A stretch of 64,000 nt of DNA from Bacillota bacterium (GTDB lineage Bacteria > Bacillota_I > Bacilli_A > RF39 > UBA660), in NCBI GenBank assembly GCA_015059485.1, contig SVAH01000003.1, forward strand, positions 57,627 through 121,626, written 5' to 3'. Within the stretch, counting starts at the first letter, position 1, and the number at the start of each line of letters is the position of its first letter. Below, one piece after another: positions 8,323 through 19,855 of the stretch. Below the pieces are notes generated by a model, which was given only the letters and a program-made list of their open reading frames with translations, was not told where the DNA came from and searched no databases. Both the position numbers and the translations under genes were made by a program.

Positions 8323-9376
8323 TATTACCCTCTAGTTTTAATCTTTGATCTTCCGTGATTAATGCTTCAATAATTGGTTCTAAATATCCATCCATTACTT
8401 TATCAAGTTCCATAATAGAGAATCCTATACGATGATCTGTAACTCTATTTTGTGGATAGTTATATGTTCTGATTTTTTCTGATCTATCACCTGTACCTAT
8501 TTTATTTTTACGTTCTGATGATATTTCTGCTTCTTGTTTTCTCATTATTTCATCATTAATTTTCATTTTTAATATTTCAAGTGCTTTTTCATGGTTTTTA
8601 ACTTGACTTCTTTCATTTTGACAAGTTACTACTACTCCAGTTGGAACGTGTGTAAGTCTAACAGCTGAGTTTGATGTATTTACTGATTGTCCTCCGGCTC
8701 CAGATGAATGATAAACATCCATTTTTATATCACTTTCTTTAATTTCAATATTAACAGTTTCTACCTCAGGCATTACAGCAACTGTTGCAGTTGATGTATG
8801 AACTCTACCTTGTGTTTCAGTTGATGGAACTCTTTGTACACGGTGTGAACCACTTTCAAATTTCAATTTTGAATAAACATTTTCACCCTTAATTAAAAAT
8901 TCAACTTGTGAATATCCTCCACTTGCTCCAGGTGTTTCATTTATTACTTCAATTTTCCAACCATTATTATTTGCATAATAAGTATACATACGATATAAAT
9001 CTCCCGCAAAAATATTTGCTTCATCTCCACCTGCTGCTCCACGGATTTCCATTATTACATTCTTACCATCATTTTCATCTTTTGGAATTAATAATATTTC
9101 TAACTTAGCAGTAAGTTCTTCTATTTTTGCTGTGTTCTCTTCAATTTCTAAACTAGCCATTTCTCTTAGTTCAGGATCATTTACTAAAGTTTTTGCTTCA
9201 TCTAAATTTTGTTTAGCTGTTTTATATTCTTTATAAACATTAACTGTTTCTTCTAAATCTTTCTGTTCTTTTGATAATGTTTTTAATTTTTCAAAATCAT
9301 TTAGAACTTCTTGACTAGATAAAATTTCTGTTAATTCATTATATCTTTTTAAAATGCTTTCTAATCTATTTTCCAT
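8315..9376 (-). CDS. prfA: peptide chain release factor 1
   Basis: GGQ motif (SGAGGQSVN), PxT-type region VPSTETQGRVHTS, RF-1 N-terminal coiled coil. Confidence 0.95.
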   Translation of the reverse strand: MENRLESILKRYNELTEILSSQEVLNDFEKLKTLSKEQKDLEETVNVYKEYKTAKQNLDEAKTLVNDPELREMASLEIEENTAKIEELTAKLEILLIPKDENDGKNVIMEIRGAAGGDEANIFAGDLYRMYTYYANNNGWKIEVINETPGASGGYSQVEFLIKGENVYSKLKFESGSHRVQRVPSTETQGRVHTSTATVAVMPEVETVNIEIKESDIKMDVYHSSGAGGQSVNTSNSAVRLTHVPTGVVVTCQNERSQVKNHEKALEILKMKINDEIMRKQEAEISSERKNKIGTGDRSEKIRTYNYPQNRVTDHRIGFSIMELDKVMDGYLEPIIEALITEDQRLKLEGNNE

Positions 9377-9412
9377 ATACTTTCCTCCCTTAAATACGAA
9401 AAAGAAAACAAA

Positions 9413-9841
9413 CTACTCATTTGTTTCTTCATCATCTATTACTACTAAGTCTTTTAAATCATCCTCAGCATCATCGTCATCAGGATTTCCATCATAGAAG
9501 ATATCTTCTTCTTCCTCTTCTTCTTCATCATCGTCGTCTTCTTCAATTAGTTCTTCTTCATCATCTTCGTCTTCATCCATAACTAATTTTTGACTATGAT
9601 TAATTCTTAAATCCCATGAACCATCTTCTAACATAGTAAATCTTTTATCTGTACTCATTATTTCAAAGAAATCTGCAATTTGACTTTCAAATACACTATC
9701 ATCAAGTTCTAATACATCACATATTCTTTTAAATAAATCATTTATTTTCATTTCTTTTTTTTCTTCACTAAGAATAAGAAATGCTATATCATCATAATTC
9801 ATTGATTCTAATTCTTCTTTTGAAATATCTTTTAATTTCAT
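9413..9841 (-). CDS. rpoE: DNA-directed RNA polymerase delta subunit
   Basis: N-terminal HARE-HTH-like domain (MNYDDIAFLIL...FFEIMSTDKRFTMLEDGSWDLR) followed by a long Asp/Glu tail. AAGGAGG RBS sits 8 nt before the ATG at 9841. Confidence 0.85.
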   Translation of the reverse strand: MKLKDISKEELESMNYDDIAFLILSEEKKEMKINDLFKRICDVLELDDSVFESQIADFFEIMSTDKRFTMLEDGSWDLRINHSQKLVMDEDEDDEEELIEEDDDDEEEEEEEDIFYDGNPDDDDAEDDLKDLVVIDDEETNE

Positions 9842-9936
9842 GAATGTTTCCTCCTTGTTCATACAATATTAATTTTTATATTATATGCCTCGACGTTGAT
9901 AATTGTAACATAATATAATCATTTGTCAAGATTTTT

Positions 9937-11682
9937 TTACATTCTATCTGGAACTTTAATTCCTAATATGTCAAGTAGCTTTATGTTATTATCATAAACT
10001 ATCTTAGTTAATGCTAGCCATGATTTCTTATTTACTTCATTTTCTTCAGTTAACACTCTTACACTAGAATAGAAGTTATTATAAGAGTTTGTTAACTTAT
10101 ATAGTAATTCTGTTATTTCATTTAATGATCTTGAGTTAAATGATTTTACTACTACTTTATTAATGCTAAGTAAGTTAAGTACTATTTCTTTTGTATTTTC
10201 ATCTATTACTTCTACATTTTTATAATCTATACCTGTCTCTTTTGCTTTTTTTAGAAGTGACTTCATACGTATTGTTGAATATAAAAGATAAGGTGCTGTT
10301 TTGCCATTCAAATCACTAAATTTAACAGGGTCAAATGAATAATCTGTTGATCTATATGGAATTAAATCAGCATATTTTACAGCTGCAACACCAACCATCT
10401 CAGCAATTTCTTGTCTATCTTCAACTATATTAGGTAATAATTTTTTTTCACATTCAGAAACTACCATATCAATTAAGTCATTGAGTTGCATTACTCCACC
10501 ATCACGTGTTTTAAATGGTTTTCCATCTGCACCATTCATAGTTCCAAATCCATCATTTTCTAAAACTATGTTCTCTTTTACTATACCAGCTTTTCTTGCT
10601 GCTCTAAATACTGTTTCAAAATGAAGTGCTTGCCTTGAATCTGTTATATACCATATTTCATCTGGATTAAATCTTCTAACTCTATCAAATATACCAGCTA
10701 AATCTGTTGTTTGATATGATGCTCCACCATTTGATTTGACAAGCATCATTGGCGGATATTCTACTTTATCATCTTCACGTGCAACATCAATAACTATAGC
10801 CCCTTCACTTTCACGAGTAATATTAAGCTTATTTATGTATTCCATCATTTCAGGGATAACTTTATAACAATCGCTTTCACCTTCCCATAGGTCAAAAGTT
10901 GCATTTAACCTATCATAAGTTTTTCCTATATCAGTAGAAGATACTTCCATTATTTTTTTCCATAGTTCATTATATCCTTTATGTCCTTCTTGTAAAGCCT
11001 TAGTTACTTCTCTTGCTTCTTCAAGGTATGCTTCATCTTCTTTAGCCTTAGTAGATGCGGTTGGATATATCTCCATTAAATCTTCATTTGTAACAGGCGA
11101 CTTTTCTGGATACTCACCATCAAAACTATCATCAAAATAACAAAGCTCTGGATGTCTTTTCTTAATTTCTAAGATTACTAACCCTAGAGGTCTTCCCCAG
11201 TCTCCTAAGTGTACATCTGATATTGTTTTATTTCCTAGAGCATTTGCAAGTCTTTTTAAAGCCTCACCAATATTAGCTGATCTTAAATGTCCTACATGAA
11301 GCGCCTTAGCTACATTAGCTCCACCATAATCTAAAAATATGGTTTTAGGGTTATCATATTCATAACTAATATTTATATCGCTGTTTAATTCATTAACATA
11401 ATCTTTTAATGATTCATTAGTAAACGTAATATTAATAAATCCAGGACCAGCAATATTAACATTAGTAAATTCTTCTAATTCATTTAATTTATCAGATATT
11501 TCTGTAGCTATATCTCTTGGGTTTTTACCTATTTTTTTTGCTATAGCCATTACTCCATTATATTGAAAATCACCAAATTCTTTTCTTGAAGATGGTATTA
11601 ATTCAACATTTTCTATTTCATATCCCAATTCTATAATAACATTTTTAATTTTATTTTCCATTTTACTTAAAAAACTTTTCAT
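9937..11682 (-). CDS. argS: arginine--tRNA ligase
   Basis: Class I HIGH-type motif ALHVGHLRS, ArgRS N-terminal domain, DALR anticodon-binding C-terminus ending in M. Confidence 0.95.
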   Translation of the reverse strand: MKSFLSKMENKIKNVIIELGYEIENVELIPSSRKEFGDFQYNGVMAIAKKIGKNPRDIATEISDKLNELEEFTNVNIAGPGFINITFTNESLKDYVNELNSDINISYEYDNPKTIFLDYGGANVAKALHVGHLRSANIGEALKRLANALGNKTISDVHLGDWGRPLGLVILEIKKRHPELCYFDDSFDGEYPEKSPVTNEDLMEIYPTASTKAKEDEAYLEEAREVTKALQEGHKGYNELWKKIMEVSSTDIGKTYDRLNATFDLWEGESDCYKVIPEMMEYINKLNITRESEGAIVIDVAREDDKVEYPPMMLVKSNGGASYQTTDLAGIFDRVRRFNPDEIWYITDSRQALHFETVFRAARKAGIVKENIVLENDGFGTMNGADGKPFKTRDGGVMQLNDLIDMVVSECEKKLLPNIVEDRQEIAEMVGVAAVKYADLIPYRSTDYSFDPVKFSDLNGKTAPYLLYSTIRMKSLLKKAKETGIDYKNVEVIDENTKEIVLNLLSINKVVVKSFNSRSLNEITELLYKLTNSYNNFYSSVRVLTEENEVNKKSWLALTKIVYDNNIKLLDILGIKVPDRM

Positions 11683-11684
11683 AC

Positions 11685-12032
11685 TTACATTATCTCCAAT
11701 TCTATTTTATTTAAACAATCATCTGTTTCTAATTGATATTCTATAATAACTTGATTCTTTTTTCTTTTAAAATTGCATCTTTCTACTTTTATATCAAGTA
11801 ATGTATCAGTTTCTTTCAAAAGGTATGTAGCCTCTTCTTCATTAGTATCTAATATAAATCTAAACTCATCATTTTCTCGAGTAAATAGACATCCATAATC
11901 TTGAAATTCAAACATATTATTAATATTTTCTATATCAAATTCAATAATATTATCTTCATTTTTAGCTTCTTTTTCTTTTACATCGTAGTATTTTTCACTA
12001 TCTTTATACAGTTTCATATTAATTAAAGACAT
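11685..12032 (-). CDS. DUF1934 family protein (YwiB-like)
   Basis: Small beta-barrel-type protein directly upstream of argS, as ywiB-argS in B. subtilis. AAGGTGA RBS precedes the ATG at 12032. Confidence 0.6.
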   Translation of the reverse strand: MSLINMKLYKDSEKYYDVKEKEAKNEDNIIEFDIENINNMFEFQDYGCLFTRENDEFRFILDTNEEEATYLLKETDTLLDIKVERCNFKRKKNQVIIEYQLETDDCLNKIELEIM

Positions 12033-12085
12033 AATATCACCTTTTTTCAATGTAGATTATAACATATATGTATTAAAAAAAGAAC

Positions 12086-12523
12086 TTAATCTTTTAAATT
12101 AAATTCATTTTGAACCATTTGTAACATTTTATTCTTTTCATCTTCAGTAAAAATATCTTTTTGACGTTTTTCTGGATCTAATAAATATTTTCTAAAGTTT
12201 TGTCCAAAATGAATATCATTATATTTTTTACCAAGTATTACTCTTTCTCCTTTGTATCTTGGAGATAAATGCCAATGTACATGTGGTGTATTTCCATCTC
12301 TATATGCATCATTCATCAAACAAACAAAATTAAACATAGTTGCGTCAAATACCTTTTTCATTACTCTTTCTAGTTCTTTTTCAATTCTACCTAATTCTAT
12401 CCAATCACTATCAGATAAATCACTTAAACTTTTTTTATCACATGAAATAATTGAATATCCAGGAAATTCTTGATTCCATTCACAAAATACTACTTCAAAT
12501 GTTTTTCCTTGATAAATTTTCAT
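12086..12523 (-). CDS. HIT family protein
   Basis: Histidine-triad motif HVHWHLSPRY. Confidence 0.75.
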   Translation of the reverse strand: MKIYQGKTFEVVFCEWNQEFPGYSIISCDKKSLSDLSDSDWIELGRIEKELERVMKKVFDATMFNFVCLMNDAYRDGNTPHVHWHLSPRYKGERVILGKKYNDIHFGQNFRKYLLDPEKRQKDIFTEDEKNKMLQMVQNEFNLKD

Positions 12524-12609
12524 TTATTTTCACCATCCTTATAAAGGAATTATAACAAATTTTATTATATTTTTATATTTTTTTTACATAATAAATTTAG
12601 GTGGAATAT

Positions 12610-14550
12610 ATGAAATTGATAAAAACTTTTTTTAAAATTAGCTTATTTATTTCTATTGTATGTTTTATTTTTTTAGTTGGATTGTATACTTATGCTTACC
12701 TTTCTCCTCCACTTGAGTTATCTAAAGTTGGAAAAATATATTTATATGATAATCAAAATAATATAATTGAAACTGGTTCTGCCGCTACTGAATGGATTTC
12801 TATAAACGATATGTCAAAAGATTTTAAAAATGCAATAATATCTGTTGAAGACAAAAATTTCTACAAACATAATGGTTTTGATTATGCAAGAATTTTAAAA
12901 GCTATGTTTTTAAACATAAAAAAGAAAGCTATTGTACAAGGTGCATCTACTATTTCTCAACAATATATAAAGAATATGTATTTAGATTTTGATAAAACAT
13001 GGAAAAGAAAAATTGATGAAGCTTTTTTAACACTTGAACTAGAAGTACATTATGATAAAGATTATATTTTAGAGGGATATTTAAATTCAATAAACTATGG
13101 TCAGGGGCAATTCGGAATTAAAGAGGCTTCTAAATATTATTTCAATAAAAAACCTTATGAATTATCACTAGAAGAATCTATTATGCTTGCAGGCATTCCA
13201 AAAAACCCAAATAATTTCAATCCAATAAGCAACTATGATAACGCTGTAAAACGAGCTAAAGTAGTAGCTTATACTATGTTACAAAATGATTATATTGATA
13301 AAGACACTTATGATAATTTATTTTTAAACAAATTAGAAATATATGGTAAAAAGAATGATTATGATTCGGATATGATAATGTACTATGAAGATGCTGTTTA
13401 TAATGAACTTAATAATTTAAAAGAAATACCAAAATCTTTAATCGAAAGTGGTGGATTAAAAATATATACTACTTTAGATTCTAAGTCGCAAGAAACACTT
13501 GAAAAAAATATTAAAGATAATATTATTGATGAAAATTTACAAACTGCTAGTGTAATAATTAATCCAATTAATGGGGCTGTAATTTCTTTGGTTGGAGGAA
13601 CAAACTATTCTAAAAGTCAATATAATAGAGCTTTAATGTCTAAAAGACAAGTTGGTTCTACTATGAAACCATTTTTATATTATGCTGCTTTAGATAATGG
13701 TTTTACTTCTGCATCTACTTTTTTAAGTGATGAAACTACATTCAATTTTGAGCATAACCAAAAATATTCACCAGCTAATTATAATAATATATATGCACAC
13801 AAAGATATTTCTATGGCTGCAGCTATTGCATACTCCGACAATATTTATGCTGTTAAAACTCATATTTTTTTAGGAGAAGATACTCTTGTTAATACTGCTA
13901 AATCATGTGGAATAAATGAAGATTTAGAAGAAAATCCATCTTTAGCATTAGGAACAAGTGAACTTAATATGATAGACTTCGCAACTGGATATACAACTCT
14001 TGCAAGTAATGGATATAAAAAAGATCTCTATTTCATAGAAAAAATTGAAGATTTAAAAGGAAATGTTTTATATGAACATAAAGATAATTCAAAACTAGTA
14101 TTAAATCAAAACAATGTATATATTTTGAATGAATTATTAACTAATACAACTAATGCTAGTTTTAATGATTATACAACTCCAACTGCATTATCAATAAGTA
14201 AAAAACTAAAACATAAATATGCTTTAAAGACTGGAACTACTAAAACTGATTATTGGACGGTTGGATATAATAAAGATGCTTTAATGCTTATTTGGATGGG
14301 TTATGATGATTCAAAAGAAATAGATCAATCAGTCAGTACTCAAGCTAAAAATATATGGCTCAATACTATTGAAAGTTATGAAAATAATGTGGAAAATGAA
14401 TGGTATAAGCAACCACCAAATGTAATTGCTACTATTAGAGATTCTGTTACAGGCGGAGAAGTTAATGACAAAAATAAATCTACACTATATTATTTTATTA
14501 AAGGAAGTGAAAATGCATCGCAAGCTGTAATAGCAGAATTTGAAGAATAA
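12610..14550 (+). CDS. class A penicillin-binding protein (glycosyltransferase GT51 + transpeptidase)
   Basis: N-terminal TM. GT51 motifs EDKNFYKHNGFD, GASTISQQ, RKIDEA. Transpeptidase SxxK (GSTMKP) and KTGT (LKTGTT). AGGTGG RBS before the ATG at 12610. Confidence 0.9.
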   Translation: MKLIKTFFKISLFISIVCFIFLVGLYTYAYLSPPLELSKVGKIYLYDNQNNIIETGSAATEWISINDMSKDFKNAIISVEDKNFYKHNGFDYARILKAMFLNIKKKAIVQGASTISQQYIKNMYLDFDKTWKRKIDEAFLTLELEVHYDKDYILEGYLNSINYGQGQFGIKEASKYYFNKKPYELSLEESIMLAGIPKNPNNFNPISNYDNAVKRAKVVAYTMLQNDYIDKDTYDNLFLNKLEIYGKKNDYDSDMIMYYEDAVYNELNNLKEIPKSLIESGGLKIYTTLDSKSQETLEKNIKDNIIDENLQTASVIINPINGAVISLVGGTNYSKSQYNRALMSKRQVGSTMKPFLYYAALDNGFTSASTFLSDETTFNFEHNQKYSPANYNNIYAHKDISMAAAIAYSDNIYAVKTHIFLGEDTLVNTAKSCGINEDLEENPSLALGTSELNMIDFATGYTTLASNGYKKDLYFIEKIEDLKGNVLYEHKDNSKLVLNQNNVYILNELLTNTTNASFNDYTTPTALSISKKLKHKYALKTGTTKTDYWTVGYNKDALMLIWMGYDDSKEIDQSVSTQAKNIWLNTIESYENNVENEWYKQPPNVIATIRDSVTGGEVNDKNKSTLYYFIKGSENASQAVIAEFEE

Positions 14551-14625
14551 TTTATTTGAGCATTAAAAAAGGATAAATACAATGATGTCTACTCTAAGGG
14601 GTGCATTTCACAAACTTATCCTTTT

Positions 14626-16581
14626 TTAATATTGTGATTTCATTTCAAATAATATATCTCTAAGTTCCATTGCTCTTTCAAAGTCTAATTCTTTTGCTGC
14701 CATTCTCATCTCTTCCTCTATTGACTCAATTGTTTGTTTCATTTCTTTTTTAGATATTTTCTTATTATCTACTTTTTCTTCTATATCATTTGACACTACT
14801 TCTTTAATATCTTTTTTAATAGTTTTTGGAACTATATTATGTTCTTTATTAAATTTTTCTTGTATTTCTCTTCTTCTTTTTGTTTCTTTAATAGAATTCT
14901 CCATTGCTTCACTTATTGTATCAGCATACATTATTACATGTCCATTTTCATTTCTGGCACATCTACCAATTGTTTGTATTAAACTTCTCTCACTTCTTAA
15001 AAATCCTTGTTTATCAGCATCCAATATACATATTAAACTAACTTCTGGAATATCTATTCCTTCACGTAATAGATTTATACCTACTACACAATCATAAAGT
15101 CCCGCTCTTAAATCATGAATTATTTTCAATCTTTCAAGTGTTTTTATTTCACTATGTAGATATGCTACCTTTATTCCAACTTCCTTTAAGTAATTAGTTA
15201 ATTCTTCAGACATCCTAATAGTCAATGTAGTTATTAATACTCTTTCATTTTTTCCTTTTCTTATTCTTATTTGTTCCATTATGTCATCTATTTGACCTTT
15301 TGTTTGTTTTACTTCTATAGTTGGATCTAAAAGTCCAGTAGGTCTAATTACTTGCTCAACAACTTTATTATCTACTAAATCTAATTCATAATCTCCTGGT
15401 GTTGCTGACACATATATTACTTGATTAGTTTTTTTCTCAAATTCATCAAATTTAAGTGGTCTATTATCAAGTGCACTAGGTAATCTAAAACCGTAATCTA
15501 CTAGCGTTTGTTTTCTGGCTCTATCTCCATTATACATTCCTCTTATTTGTGGCACTGTCACATGTGATTCATCTATAAACAGTAAATAATCATCATCAAA
15601 AAATTCTAGTAAACAATTTGGAGTTGATCCCTCTTCTCTTAAAGCTAGATGACAAGAATAATTTTCTACTCCAGAACAAAATCCTGTTTCTTTTAGCATT
15701 TCCATATCATAATTTGTTCTTTCTTTTAATCTCTGAGCTTCAAGTAGTTTATTATTATCTTCAAAATATTTTAATCGTTCATCTAATTCATTTTTAATTC
15801 TTCTCAATGCTTCTTCCATTTTTTCGTCGCTTGTTACAAAATGACTTGCTGGAAATATCGCTATTGTTCTTTTTTCAGTAATAATACTTCCAGTTACTGG
15901 ATCAAATATAAGTATTCTATCAACTTCATCTCCAAATAATTCTATTCTAATACCATGTGATTTTTCACCTACAGGAATAATATCTATAACATCACCATGC
16001 ACTCTAAATGTACCCCTATGAAAATCAATTTCATTTCTTTCATAAGTCATATCTATAAGCTTATTGATAATATCATTTCTTTTAATGATCATACCTTTTT
16101 CTAAATTAAGCATCTTATTTATATATTCTTCTTTTTCCCCAATATTATATATACAAGATACACTTGATACAACTATTGTATCTCTATTATTTATAAGTGA
16201 TGCTGTAGCAGCATGTCTAAGTTCATCTATTTCATCATTAATCGAAGAATCTTTTTCTATATAAGTATCACTTTGTGGAACATATGCCTCTGGTTGATAG
16301 TAGTCATAATAAGATACAAAGTATTCAACATGATTTTCTGGAAATAACTCTTTCATCTCTGCATAAAGCTGGCCAGCTAATGTTTTGTTATGTGCGAGTA
16401 TTAGAGTTGGCCTATTACATTTTTCTATAATATTAGCCATAGTAAATGTTTTACCTGTTCCAGTTGCTCCAAGTAATACTTGCGATTTTTTTCCTTCATT
16501 AATTCCTTCAACTAATTTTTCTATTGCTTGTGGCTGATCACCACTCGGTTTATAGTTTGATACTAATTTAAAATTAGACAT
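14626..16581 (-). CDS. uvrB: excinuclease ABC subunit B
   Basis: [11 protein letters not shown], Walker [14 protein letters not shown] box (IDESHVT), C-terminal UVR domain. Confidence 0.95.
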   Translation of the reverse strand: MSNFKLVSNYKPSGDQPQAIEKLVEGINEGKKSQVLLGATGTGKTFTMANIIEKCNRPTLILAHNKTLAGQLYAEMKELFPENHVEYFVSYYDYYQPEAYVPQSDTYIEKDSSINDEIDELRHAATASLINNRDTIVVSSVSCIYNIGEKEEYINKMLNLEKGMIIKRNDIINKLIDMTYERNEIDFHRGTFRVHGDVIDIIPVGEKSHGIRIELFGDEVDRILIFDPVTGSIITEKRTIAIFPASHFVTSDEKMEEALRRIKNELDERLKYFEDNNKLLEAQRLKERTNYDMEMLKETGFCSGVENYSCHLALREEGSTPNCLLEFFDDDYLLFIDESHVTVPQIRGMYNGDRARKQTLVDYGFRLPSALDNRPLKFDEFEKKTNQVIYVSATPGDYELDLVDNKVVEQVIRPTGLLDPTIEVKQTKGQIDDIMEQIRIRKGKNERVLITTLTIRMSEELTNYLKEVGIKVAYLHSEIKTLERLKIIHDLRAGLYDCVVGINLLREGIDIPEVSLICILDADKQGFLRSERSLIQTIGRCARNENGHVIMYADTISEAMENSIKETKRRREIQEKFNKEHNIVPKTIKKDIKEVVSNDIEEKVDNKKISKKEMKQTIESIEEEMRMAAKELDFERAMELRDILFEMKSQY

Positions 16582-16783
16582 ATTATCCACTCCATAATCT
16601 AGTATTATTATATCCTAAAACAAAAGAAAAACAAGAATAACCTTGTTTTTTATCTTTGAATAGTAGTAATTCTACTTAGATAACTTCTAAATTATTATTT
16701 TAATTATAATTGCTTTAAATATTACCATAAGTATTAAATTAGCTAATTCTTTTATAGTTGCACTTTTTGACAAATTACGTCTT

Positions 16784-18142
16784 CTATTTTATATAGTTTA
16801 AAACTGTTTCTTTATCACTAAAGTGATGTTTTTCAGTACCAATTATTTGATAATCTTCATGACCTTTTCCAAGTATCATTAATATATCATTTTCAGTTAA
16901 TAAATCAATAGCTCTTTCTATAGCTTCTTTTCTATCATAAATTACTTCATGATTTTCTTTTTTTATACCTTCTAAGATATCATTCATTATTTGTTTTTCA
17001 TCTTCTGTTCTTGGATTATCATTAGTTAAAATAACATAATCAGAGTTCTCTTCTGCAGCATGACCCATGATTGGTCTTTTAGTTCTATCTCTATCTCCAC
17101 CACACCCAATTACAGTAATTATTTTTCCTTTCTTATATTCGAATGCATTTTTTAAAACATTTATAACTGCATCTGGAGTATGCGCATAGTCGATGAATAT
17201 ACTATTAGATTTATAATCTATTTTTTCCATTCTACCTGCAGGTGCATGTAAGTCACTAGATAAAGCTAATATATCATCAATTGATATTCCTAATTTATGT
17301 ACAAGTAATAATGATGTTAAATAATTATATACGTTATATCTACCAACCATTTTTATTTTAGTTGTGTACAATTTATTTTCGAATTCAAACTGTATTTCAG
17401 TATTTAAATGCGACAGTTCAATTTTTTTGATTAGTAAATCGCCTTTTTTTTCACTTATTAATATATTATTATTATCTTCATTTATAAATTCTTTATAATA
17501 ATCCGCATCTGCATTAATTATTGCAATTTTATCATTACGAGTTTTAGTAAATAATTTTTTCTTTGCATTAATATAGTTTTCAATAGTCTTATGATAATCT
17601 AAATGATCTTGTGTTAAATTTGTGAATGCCACTTCATCAAATTCAAAACCATACATTCTATCATAATCAAGAGCATGACTACTTGCTTCCATTACAATAT
17701 ATTCACAACCATACTCTTTTGCTTCTAAAAACATTTCATATAGAAGATCAGTATTTGGAGTTGTATTATTTAATTCTTTTTTTACATCACCATAATAAAA
17801 CCCTATTGTTCCTATATATGCACATTTCTTTCCTAGTTTTTTTAATATTTGGTAAACCAAATAACATATAGTTGTTTTTCCATTTGTTCCAGTAACACCA
17901 ATTAATTTCATATCTTTTATCTTAGGATAATAATTTTTATATAAATATTCTTTTAAATATTTAGTAGTATCTTCTACTATTTCTGTTTCAACAGAATATT
18001 TACCATGTTCACATATTATTTTTGTTGCACCATTTTCTATTGCTTGCTCTATGTAATCATGCCCATCTCTTGCAACATTTTTAATTGCAATAAATGTGTC
18101 TCCAGGTTTTACTTTTCTTGAATCTGATTTAATATTTACCAT
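16784..18142 (-). CDS. murE: UDP-N-acetylmuramoyl-L-alanyl-D-glutamate--2,6-diaminopimelate ligase
   Basis: Mur ligase P-loop GVTGTNGKTT. The DNPR motif (TNDNPRTED) indicates the meso-DAP-adding type. AGAGGTG RBS before the ATG at 18142. Confidence 0.9.
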   Translation of the reverse strand: MVNIKSDSRKVKPGDTFIAIKNVARDGHDYIEQAIENGATKIICEHGKYSVETEIVEDTTKYLKEYLYKNYYPKIKDMKLIGVTGTNGKTTICYLVYQILKKLGKKCAYIGTIGFYYGDVKKELNNTTPNTDLLYEMFLEAKEYGCEYIVMEASSHALDYDRMYGFEFDEVAFTNLTQDHLDYHKTIENYINAKKKLFTKTRNDKIAIINADADYYKEFINEDNNNILISEKKGDLLIKKIELSHLNTEIQFEFENKLYTTKIKMVGRYNVYNYLTSLLLVHKLGISIDDILALSSDLHAPAGRMEKIDYKSNSIFIDYAHTPDAVINVLKNAFEYKKGKIITVIGCGGDRDRTKRPIMGHAAEENSDYVILTNDNPRTEDEKQIMNDILEGIKKENHEVIYDRKEAIERAIDLLTENDILMILGKGHEDYQIIGTEKHHFSDKETVLNYIK

Positions 18143-18244
18143 TTTATTCACCTCTTATCTACATTATAGCACAACAATTTAATAATAGACTTTAAATTAT
18201 AAATTTGATACAATTAATTAAGAAAAAAGATAGGAATTGGTTAT

Positions 18245-18631
18245 ATGAAATATATAAAAAAATATCATAAATATATTGGATTATTTGGATGTTTATTAAT
18301 TGCAATTTCCTGTTTTTTACCATTTATTAAATATTCAATATTAAATATTAATGAAACTAATAATTTCTTTAATGGAGATGGTAAATTAGTGTTAGCAATT
18401 AATATAATTACTATTTTATTAATATTATTTAACAAGGATAAAACTAGTTTAATATCTACTGTTTCAATAGTGGTAATTCTTATTCAAAATATTTTAACAA
18501 TTAATAAAGATATTATAAGTATTGGTAAATTAGGTTATATTCATTTTAGTATAGGATTTTATTTATTAATAGCTGGTATAGTTATATGTATAGTTTATCC
18601 TTTTTTACCAAAAGAAAAAAATATTAGTTAA
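18245..18631 (+). CDS. hypothetical polytopic membrane protein
   Basis: Four hydrophobic segments. No recognisable family. Confidence 0.5.
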   Translation: MKYIKKYHKYIGLFGCLLIAISCFLPFIKYSILNINETNNFFNGDGKLVLAINIITILLILFNKDKTSLISTVSIVVILIQNILTINKDIISIGKLGYIHFSIGFYLLIAGIVICIVYPFLPKEKNIS

Positions 18632-18644
18632 TTCTAATATTTTT

Positions 18645-19118
18645 TTATACTTCACGACTTTCTATTATTTCATATGTTACATTTGTATAATTTATATTAT
18701 CCGATAAATAGTCAATATTATACGTAACATTACCACCAACTACTGTTCCTTTTACTAACTTATAATATATATATTTATTATCTTCTTTATATTTTTTACT
18801 ATTTAATGAGTATTTTTTATCATTAATTATTACCTCTAAGTTATCATCAATTGATTCTTTTTCAATCTTAACTACTAAATCATATCCTCTTTTTGTATTT
18901 GTTTCATTCCATATGGTTACAGCATCATAAAAATCGTTTGTAGATACATATTTGTCTATATCTAAATATAAATAGTTCATGTTTGCATATGAAGATGCTA
19001 TTTTTGCCATTTCAGACTTATCTAAAAGCTTCCATACAGGATAACTTATTATTACAAAAATAACTACTACCACTATCTCTAAAACATAGTTTCTTATTAA
19101 TTTATCGATATCTTTCAT
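18645..19118 (-). CDS. hypothetical membrane-anchored protein (last gene of the sipW cluster)
   Basis: Single N-terminal TM (VLEIVVVVIFVIISYPVW) and a beta-rich extracytoplasmic part. Follows sipW on the same strand after a 100-bp gap. Confidence 0.5.
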   Translation of the reverse strand: MKDIDKLIRNYVLEIVVVVIFVIISYPVWKLLDKSEMAKIASSYANMNYLYLDIDKYVSTNDFYDAVTIWNETNTKRGYDLVVKIEKESIDDNLEVIINDKKYSLNSKKYKEDNKYIYYKLVKGTVVGGNVTYNIDYLSDNINYTNVTYEIIESREV

Positions 19119-19218
19119 AATTAACCAACCCCCATTGGTACATAAAGTATAGCATAAAAAAGAAAAAATGTCAAATTTGTGTATAGTTTTGTACTTTTAG
19201 CTTTACAAAAAAAGAAGA

Positions 19219-19839
19219 TTATAAATCTTCTCCATTAGTTTCTCTTAATTTTTTCTTAGCAATATTTAATTTAATAATTTTAAATGTATCATTTACAATT
19301 ATAAACAATGCTGGTATTAATACTACTATTAACCATCCACCACTTGATGCTATAAAGAATTGCAACCTTCCTAATTGTGGTATTCTTAACACTACTTTAC
19401 CAAGCACATTATAATCCTTTGCTGTATCTGTATCTTGTGTTAAATTATTATCACCTTTAGTAACAAATTCAACTCCATTTTCACCTTTAATAACATTGTC
19501 TACTCTATGAGTAACTGTCATTCCATTTGATATATTACTTGTCGATATAAAAGTTATTACATCACCTTTTTTTATTGTTGATTTGTCATCTACTCTAATA
19601 TTAAGTACAACATCATATACCTTTATCTGTGGTTCCATACTAGGACTAACAATTGTATACAATGAAAACTTTGGCTCATACTTTTCACCTTTAGCTGCAT
19701 ATATATTTGCAGATACAAGGTAATAAACTAAAAATGCTATTATTAACACCAATATCACAAATAATGTCCATGATATCACAGTAATTATCATTTTCAATAT
19801 TTGTCTAATTTTTTGAAAAGTTCCTTTACTAGTATTCAT
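19219..19839 (-). CDS. sipW: signal peptidase I, SipW (archaeal/ER) type
   Basis: VSPSMEPQ (catalytic Ser), GDVITF, THRV (catalytic His) and TKGDNN motifs, plus the C-terminal TM, align with B. subtilis SipW. Confidence 0.85.
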   Translation of the reverse strand: MNTSKGTFQKIRQILKMIITVISWTLFVILVLIIAFLVYYLVSANIYAAKGEKYEPKFSLYTIVSPSMEPQIKVYDVVLNIRVDDKSTIKKGDVITFISTSNISNGMTVTHRVDNVIKGENGVEFVTKGDNNLTQDTDTAKDYNVLGKVVLRIPQLGRLQFFIASSGGWLIVVLIPALFIIVNDTFKIIKLNIAKKKLRETNGEDL

Positions 19840-19855
19840 AATTACACCTTATTTC

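Noticed and set aside
9430-9570. GAA/GAT/TCT-rich tandem-like DNA repeats
   Set aside because: These encode the poly-Asp/Glu C-terminal tail characteristic of the RNA polymerase delta subunit. They are not a genomic repeat element.
10771-10786. parS-like CACGTG-centred 16-mer in argS (a similar one is at 7960-7975 in prmC)
   Set aside because: They carry 4 and 5 mismatches to TGTTTCACGTGAAACA respectively, and only the CACGTG core is shared.
14567-14627. AAAAGGATAA ... TTATCCTTTTTT inverted repeat between the PBP gene and uvrB as a bidirectional terminator
   Set aside because: The arms are separated by a loop of about 39 nt, too large for a confident intrinsic terminator call. It is possibly functional but not supportable by eye.
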